Assembly: GCF_031769215.1 (NCBI RefSeq)
Contig: NW_026782366.1
Span: 1,364,001-1,428,000 of the forward strand
Direction: 5' to 3'
Source of the DNA: Ylistrum balloti
Taxonomy: Eukaryota
Length of the DNA: 64,000 bases
This document shows, one piece after another, positions 57,250 to 64,000 of the stretch (position 1 is the first letter of the stretch; each line of letters begins with the position of its first letter). The notes under the pieces were generated by a model. It had not been told where the DNA came from, ran no database searches, and was given only the letters and a program-made list of their open reading frames with translations. The position numbers and the translations under genes are program-made.

Positions 57250-60200
57250 TACCAACACGAGTATTATGCAGCGGCTTCAGAGGGCTTGGAAGCAATTAGA
57301 CTCGTTATTTCTGAGACTGACAGGCGCACAAAATCGTGAGGCATATTTTCACTTATTTTCATGATAGTTTATATGGTTATCCAATTAGTGATTATAAATT
57401 AAATGCGCCAGTGTCTTTGAAAGATTTGTAGACGAAGTTCGATTCTCTACTTGGGTTGGGGAAAAGTAAGCTTACAGAATATTTCTTGTTTTGTTTGCAT
57501 GGTCATTTGCCCTCTTAACAGTCGTTTTCGTTTATAAAACAAGGGTATCGTTTTAGAAGCTAATGGGTACCACACTGAACAACATACGGGAGACTTACCA
57601 TACGTCATTCAGAGTCAATGGGGTAAAGTCACGGGGAGTTGGCACAAATTCCCGACCCACGGTCTATATGTACCTCGTATGTATTATAGTGACAAGAGGT
57701 GTAATTTCCGAGAAGGAAAAACCTAACCTTTTTTTTCGCTTATTAGTTTTATATATTCTAGGGGCCGCAGATTTTAGTAATATGTACGTTACCACGAAGA
57801 GAAAAGTTTTATCTTTTCATTGATTGTTTTGTGAATGAGATTGACCGGGTATAAACCAAGTTATAACCTGATGAATGAGGAAATATAGGTTGAAATACAC
57901 TCTTCTCTCTAATAGGTTCCTCAGTTACTATGTTGAAATCGCAAAATCTATGCTTGTGATAGTATAGATGACCATGACCTTGTCCATACGATGTGTCCTT
58001 TGATGTTGTCATGTCTTGTACATTGTAGAATTTCTACATTTACATCACAGCAATCATTTCCTAGGCGTAACTTCTGTGTTTTCTTTTATGCTGTCAATCA
58101 CAGGCATATGTCATACCCTGTCCCGGCCAGGATCCCAAAGCTCAATCTAGGATTATAATAAGTAATTCATTTCTCAAGAACAGAAAAAATCAACTAAATT
58201 TCAAATATTCTTAAAAACTCTTTTTCAATATTGTAAAGTATTACACTTTGAATGATTTCATTACAATGTGTCCTGTTATAGAAACGGGTACTAAACAATG
58301 TCACGCTCCTACTGATTCTGTATTAGCAACCATCCTCAACACTCCATGGTTTACAATCACTTTTGCTCTCCGCACCTCTGGAACATGTCATGGCAAATTG
58401 GAAAGTTCTATGTGCTAACCTTGTGGACAAGATGAAAAAACTAGTTTGATCCTTTGTTGTACATCAAAAAAATTTTGAAGTTGCATAACAGTATATTGTA
58501 ATAGCTTGTAAGTTAAGTGTCCATAGTTTGTAATCTTCAAAAGGAGGATATCAGTCTGTGATTGGTCAGGTTTTCCTCCTGGTACCAATAAACTTACTTT
58601 GTTTGTGCCTTCAATTTCACTATGACATGTTGTAAGGGTGTAGGGAGGGAAAGTGATTGTAACCCTGGAGTATCAAGGATGATGAGCAACTTTCTCTTCT
58701 CTATGGTTAACATCAATGTTCGTACCACTACTTCTAGGTAGAGACAAGTAAGGTAACGTTTACTTTCTGTTCTCTATTATGCCGGTATATCACTACTCCC
58801 ACCTGTACAAGGAAGCATCTTACTTTTTTTCATCCCTCTACCCTTGGAGTGTTCATTGGCACAAAATCTGTAGTAGGTACTAATAAAAAATCGCTGTCCA
58901 TGTTGCAGTCCCAGCCAGCAACCCCTTTGTTTTTTCAAAGTCACGCCATTGACTACAAGAAAACTTTGCAATAGCTAAGGTTGGTAAATAAAGTGACATG
59001 TACTTTTTACTTCTACACATTTACAGTTGGGACACACTAGAGGAGTAAAATCTCCTTATTACTAGAAAATCAAATATAGAGAAAGATTGGAGAGTATGCA
59101 ATTTTGAGCTACCTTGTATAGTCTCCATTATTAAAGAAGCTAAAATTACAAACATTTTGATACAGATGTTTCCAGGGAGGACTAGATATACATTTAGAAA
59201 GGTCTTAGTGTGTAACTATTAGAAATTCCTTTTTTGAAAGAATCAATTTTTTTTTTCCTTTAAATGTAACAATAACAGGTAAGATCATCTTTTTTTCCTA
59301 GGATTTTATGTACCTTTAAGTAGAGGATATGGATTAAAATCTTAAAGGAAGGGACCCTGAGGCAGTTTGTGTGCGAAATGGCAAGGTCAAAATGGTCTGG
59401 AGTGACCAATTCATTTTAAAAAGCTTAAATCACCTAACGGTGCTGTACTAATATTCCAAGGACTTGTCCTCCCATATGATTTTAATTAAATTTGATCTCA
59501 TTTACAGAATAGCAATGCAACTATTACAGTCTCATTTGGTGTCATCTGACTCCGTTTCACCTTTGTGATGAGCTATCAATGTTACTAGTACATGTTTAAG
59601 GATCTATAACTACTGTATGTGTAAGGTCAAGAATCATTTTCAGTCATTTGGTTTGAATGAATAAAAGTGTCATGGTGTATAAATACAACTATGTACATCT
59701 GTAGTAGCAAATTAATTGATAAAATGTACTCTGGTAATACAGCACTATTTATAATTGATAACAGATGCATATCTACACCAACCATATTTGGTGTTGGATC
59801 TCAATGAGAGAAATTTATGATACTTACAGGAAGTTGAAGAAATTGGTGTGTTATCAGTTGTCAAGTCAAAAGGTAACTGTTGTATTACATGTATTGTATA
59901 TTATTCTTTTTAAGTTGACAGGTTTTTTTAAGGTTAAGATAATGTTGAAGTAAACTTATATATGATGCAGTGCCATTTTTTGATATAATTTTTTCCCCTT
60001 TTATCAGAATTTTTGCCGGCTCTGGTTGGGAGTTCTGTTAATCCAGTGGAGACTGACATATTACCACCAGATAGTTCATCATGCCTCAGAGAATTACTTA
60101 ATGGAAGTGGAATAATGTGGAGTTCTCATCAAACTCAGAGGTCTCGCAGGTCAAGAGAAAGAAGACAAACTCGTCGATTTGGATTCACATATTTAAATAA

Positions 60201-61214
60201 GCGGCAAAATATCCAAACAGATATAGTATCTTGTTTACATTGTGGGGGTTTCCACAAAAGAAACACAATATGTGGTGAGAAATTTATTTTCTTTATTCAT
60301 ATGTAGGTATATAATTCTTATGCAAATGAAATTTTAATTTTGAATGCTGCCCCAGTTGATCAAAGCTTGGTTAGAATTACATTTGGATAGTGAAAAAGTG
60401 AAATTATTGCCTCTGAAAAATAAGGACATTCAAAGTAGGATTTGCACTCAAAAGATGTTAATCTGACTTGTCTCATCAAATCTATAGACGTGAAATTAAA
60501 GGATAAAGAAAGTTTCTAATTTTGTTCAATTCAGATTAAAATCTTTTCACTAGTTTAACTCAAAGCAATCTTGAAGCAAGTAGACACGTTCTTATTTCAG
60601 AAATCATTGACCCCAAAAATGTATATCAAGTTATCTTTATTCATTAACATCATGATCAAGATGAAAAATGCATAGAACCAAGGAAATTCAATCTGATGGA
60701 CACTAATATCTGTCTCTTTCTCTTTGATCAGCATACTAGTGGGTCTTTAATTTTTTTTAAGTCTAGTTTGAATTTTTTAAGTTTTCGCTGGAATCTATGA
60801 AGATTAAGTCTGAAAATTATACAGTTTACAAGTATGGGTAAATAAGTGTTACACACTGCTGTCCCTTTTGACTTTTTGTTACATTTGTTTTCTTTTGCAC
60901 TGTTATTATTTGCCAGTAGATTGTAACGAAGTGTCATCATTGTGGTGTATTAAATGATTTTCATTTGATATCTTATTATTGCAGGTACTTGCTACGACAT
61001 GGTACGAAAGGAGACCCAAGAAATGATGAAAAAAATCGGCGACCATCTTGAGTATGATTCACCACATTCAGAATTGGCGGTAATATATGAAGGGGAAGAA
61101 GAAGAACGGGAAAAATTACATGATAAATTTATTGTACAAATGGACAAACCTAGACCAAAATGGTTTTCAGATTTCATCGATGCTAAAAACAAAAGGAGTT
61201 GGTCAGATTCATGA
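57245..61214 (+). CDS. MRPL32: Mitochondrial ribosomal protein L32 (bL32m), 195 aa
   Basis: Exons 57245-57335, 60008-60274 and 60985-61214 splice in frame. Arg-rich segment, zinc motif CLHCGGFHKRNTICGTCY, then DMVRKET and C-terminal DKPRPKWF, matching human CPECG..HVLCAYCY..VCKET and RPSWF (from recall). Basic, acid-poor N-terminal presequence. Confidence 0.95.
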
Positions 61215-61730
61215 CATGAGTTTATTATCAATGGAATGACTTAACAGGATTTGTGTTGTAATGATGATATAAAGAAAACTGAATGAACAACTAATAAATG
61301 CAACAAATGCTGAAGGATTATTGTGATGGAACATCAGATCTTTCTGTCTGAACTGCTATTCTGGATGGCTAAATGACACTTTTTCTATGATCAACCTAAA
61401 AGCAGTATACTAGATGGATGTGACAGTCAGGAATACAATATGCATGTATGCATGCCATCAATTTATATTGTACAGGTAGTTCTGGACGTAACTTGTCAGT
61501 AATTAGCCTTATCATAAAAATAACAAGTTGGTGTCATTATTTGTAAAAATATGGATGATAACTCTGCACAAAATTGTACAGCATTATTTTTCATAAATGG
61601 AAAATAAAATCTTGACATTTTCACTAAAATGTGTAATTTGCTTATTATTAAAAACGACCTCGATATGAGGGCTGATTGAGAAGTTGTGAGCCTCATATCT
61701 AAGAGTTTGACGTTTGGTGGATATATCACA

Positions 61731-62294
61731 TTTTTGTGTCGCCTGCAGAGCTGGCGGACACTTAAGGATCACTTTGTCTGTCGTTATCTTCGGCGGAGGC
61801 ATCAGCGTCCGTACAAAAGTTTTCCAGGCTTTTTTCAGTAATGCTTTGAGTTATCAGAATGAAATTTGGCATATGGCTTCTTGTTGTAAGGGTACAGATT
61901 AAGTGTAATTCCTGGCTGTCTGAGACCCTTTTTGGCAGAGTTATGCCCCTTTCAACTTAGAAAATTTCAAGGGAATATTGTTTTGCAGACTTTTTTGGCT
62001 TATGCTTTGAGTAATCAAAATGAATTTTGGTATATGGCTTCTTGTTGCAAGAGTAGAAATTAAGTTTGATTCCTGGCTGTCTGTGGTCCTTCTTGGCTGA
62101 GTTATGCCCCTTTGAACTTAGAAAATTCTTTGGGAATATTGTTTTCTTGACTTTCTTTGGTTATGCTTCAAGTTATAGAAATGAAATTTTGTATTACAAC
62201 TTTATGGTTGATCGTTGCACATCCAGTTCGATTTCTGGGTGACCATGACACTTTGTGCAGGTGACACATACAGTTCCAAGGAACTCTTGTCTTT
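61731..62294 (+). mobile_element. HINE/DINE-like element with complete end structure
   Basis: 5' T-run plus tgtgtcgcctgc, inverted partner gcaggtgacaca (62257-62268), 3' hairpin agttcc-aa-ggaact, then cttgtcttt. About 2.7 internal ~155-bp tandem units. Confidence 0.88.
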
Positions 62295-62670
62295 AAACAT
62301 ACCGGTATTCCTTTTCAGTATCTATACACTTTTGCCAGCGACGTTTAGAGCCCCAATGCCACTTTTAAAGAAGTACTTTTCTTGATGTTCAGAAAGTCTT
62401 CCACAGCATGTATGATGTCATCAACTGACCAACAGTGGGTAACGGAAATAGCCTTTCTCTATTTTGGAAATAGATGAAAGTCAGACTTGTGAACAGCGGC
62501 ATTGTCCTTGTGGAAGAATACATGTATTCTTTTTTCCAGAATACTCCAGTTTAATATTTTCACTTACCTGCCTAAGGAGTGATGCATAATATGTGCCATT
62601 GATTGTTTGTCCTTTAGAATAAAACGAAATTTATCCTCAATATAATGTAATGGACAATAACCTATAAAGT

Positions 62671-63360
62671 AATGGGCAATAATTTGTATTATAGTAATAG
62701 ACAATGATTCATATTACACAAATGGGCAATAATTTGTTTTATAGTAATAGACAATGATTCATATTACACAAATGGGCAATAATTTGTATTATAGTAATAG
62801 ACAATGATTCATATTACACAAATGGGCAATAATTTGTATTATAGTAATAGACAATGATTCATATTACACAAATGGGCAATAATTTGTATTATAGTAATAG
62901 ACAATGATTCATATTACACAAATGGGCAATAATTTGTATTATAGTAATAGACAATGATTCATATTACACAAATGGGCAATAATTTGTATTATAGTAATAG
63001 ACAATGATTCATATTACACAAATGGGCAATAATTTGTATTATAGTAATAGACAATGATTCATATTACACAAATGGGCAATAATTTGTATTATAGTAATAG
63101 ACAATGATTCATATTACACAAATGGGCAATAATTTGTATTATAGTAATAGACAATGATTCATATTACACAAATGGGCAATAATTTGTATTATAGTAATAG
63201 ACAATGATTCCTATTACACAAATGGACAATAATTTGTATTATAGTAATAGACAATGATTCATATTACACAAATGGGCAATAATTTGTATTATAGTAATAG
63301 ACAATGATTCCTATTACACAAATGGACAATAATTTGTATTAAAATAATAGACAATGATTC
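62671..63360. repeat. Minisatellite, 50-bp unit, ~14 copies
   Basis: atgggcaataatttgtattatagtaatagacaatgattcatattacacaa repeated head-to-tail, nearly invariant, with no spacers. Confidence 0.98.
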
Positions 63361-63477
63361 GTGTGACAGTAATTGCCATAATGTTCTATTTCAGATAAAT
63401 GCAACAACATATAATAAACTGGTTACTCTTACTGTAAAAAATACTATAATACATCACAAGTTATTACCACACATAAT

Positions 63478-63707
63478 AACCCTATAATTGTACTGTAATA
63501 TGATATACTTATAGTGTTCTACATTATAATTACTGACTTATATATAATATATATATAACCCTACTAATTGTACTGTAATATGATATACTTATAGTGTTCT
63601 ACATTATAATTACTGACTTATATATAATATATATATAACCCTACAATTGTACTGTAATATGATATACTTATAGTGTTCTACATTATAATTACTGACTTAT
63701 ATATAAT
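63478..63707. repeat. Tandem repeat, 79-80-bp unit, ~3 copies
   Basis: cccta(t/c)aattgtactgtaatatgatatacttatagtgttctacattataattactgacttatatataatatatatataa starting at 63480, 63559 and 63639. Confidence 0.95.
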
Positions 63708-64000
63708 GGTTTGCATGATAATATTTTATCATTATTACCTTCATGCAATGTATTAGAGCAGCACATCGTATTGTATTGATGTACAGTGTAATCTAGCAAT
63801 AAGATATCACCTACATATACATTGGTACCTAGACATGATGGTAATGATAGAACCGATAGGATAATAGAAACAATATTGAGAAACATAGAAATATATACAT
63901 AAAAACATAATGGTATAAACTGTAGGATACATAGCTATATGGTTTCAGTGCGTTGTTTTGTTGCTAGATAAAGGGATTTCCCTAGTTTGCTCAATTCAGT

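Noticed and set aside
62671-63360. CRISPR-like array
   Set aside because: Units are contiguous 50-mers with no unique spacers, there are no cas genes, and the context is eukaryotic.

Overview
AT-rich eukaryotic (not prokaryotic) DNA with GT-AG spliced genes; the repeat types suggest a bivalve mollusc (inference). Four genes could be spliced by hand with consistent intron phases: (1) a 32+-exon xanthine dehydrogenase/aldehyde oxidase family gene on the minus strand (ATG 19347, running off the left edge), with XDH-like exon structure but aldehyde-oxidase-type active-site residues; (2) a Nop6-like single-RRM gene (+, ~39.5-44.2 kb); (3) proteasome subunit alpha-2 PSMA2 (-, 51287-57120); (4) mitochondrial ribosomal protein MRPL32 (+, 57245-61214), head-to-head with PSMA2 across 124 bp, the same arrangement as in human. 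The 22-35 kb block is mostly decayed transposons: a Tx1/L1 fossil, a THAP/ISL2EU-like remnant with a nested CR1 fragment, and two same-family APE-RT LINEs in tandem. At least seven Helentron-associated (HINE-like) elements with internal satellite arrays, two SINE copies and several minisatellites are scattered through the window. No CRISPR array, rRNA or tRNA gene is supported. I found no clearly new multi-gene system. The strongest leads are the apparently independent aldehyde oxidase and the conserved PSMA2/MRPL32 bidirectional pair. No database searches were run; comparisons to human and yeast proteins are from memory and need checking.
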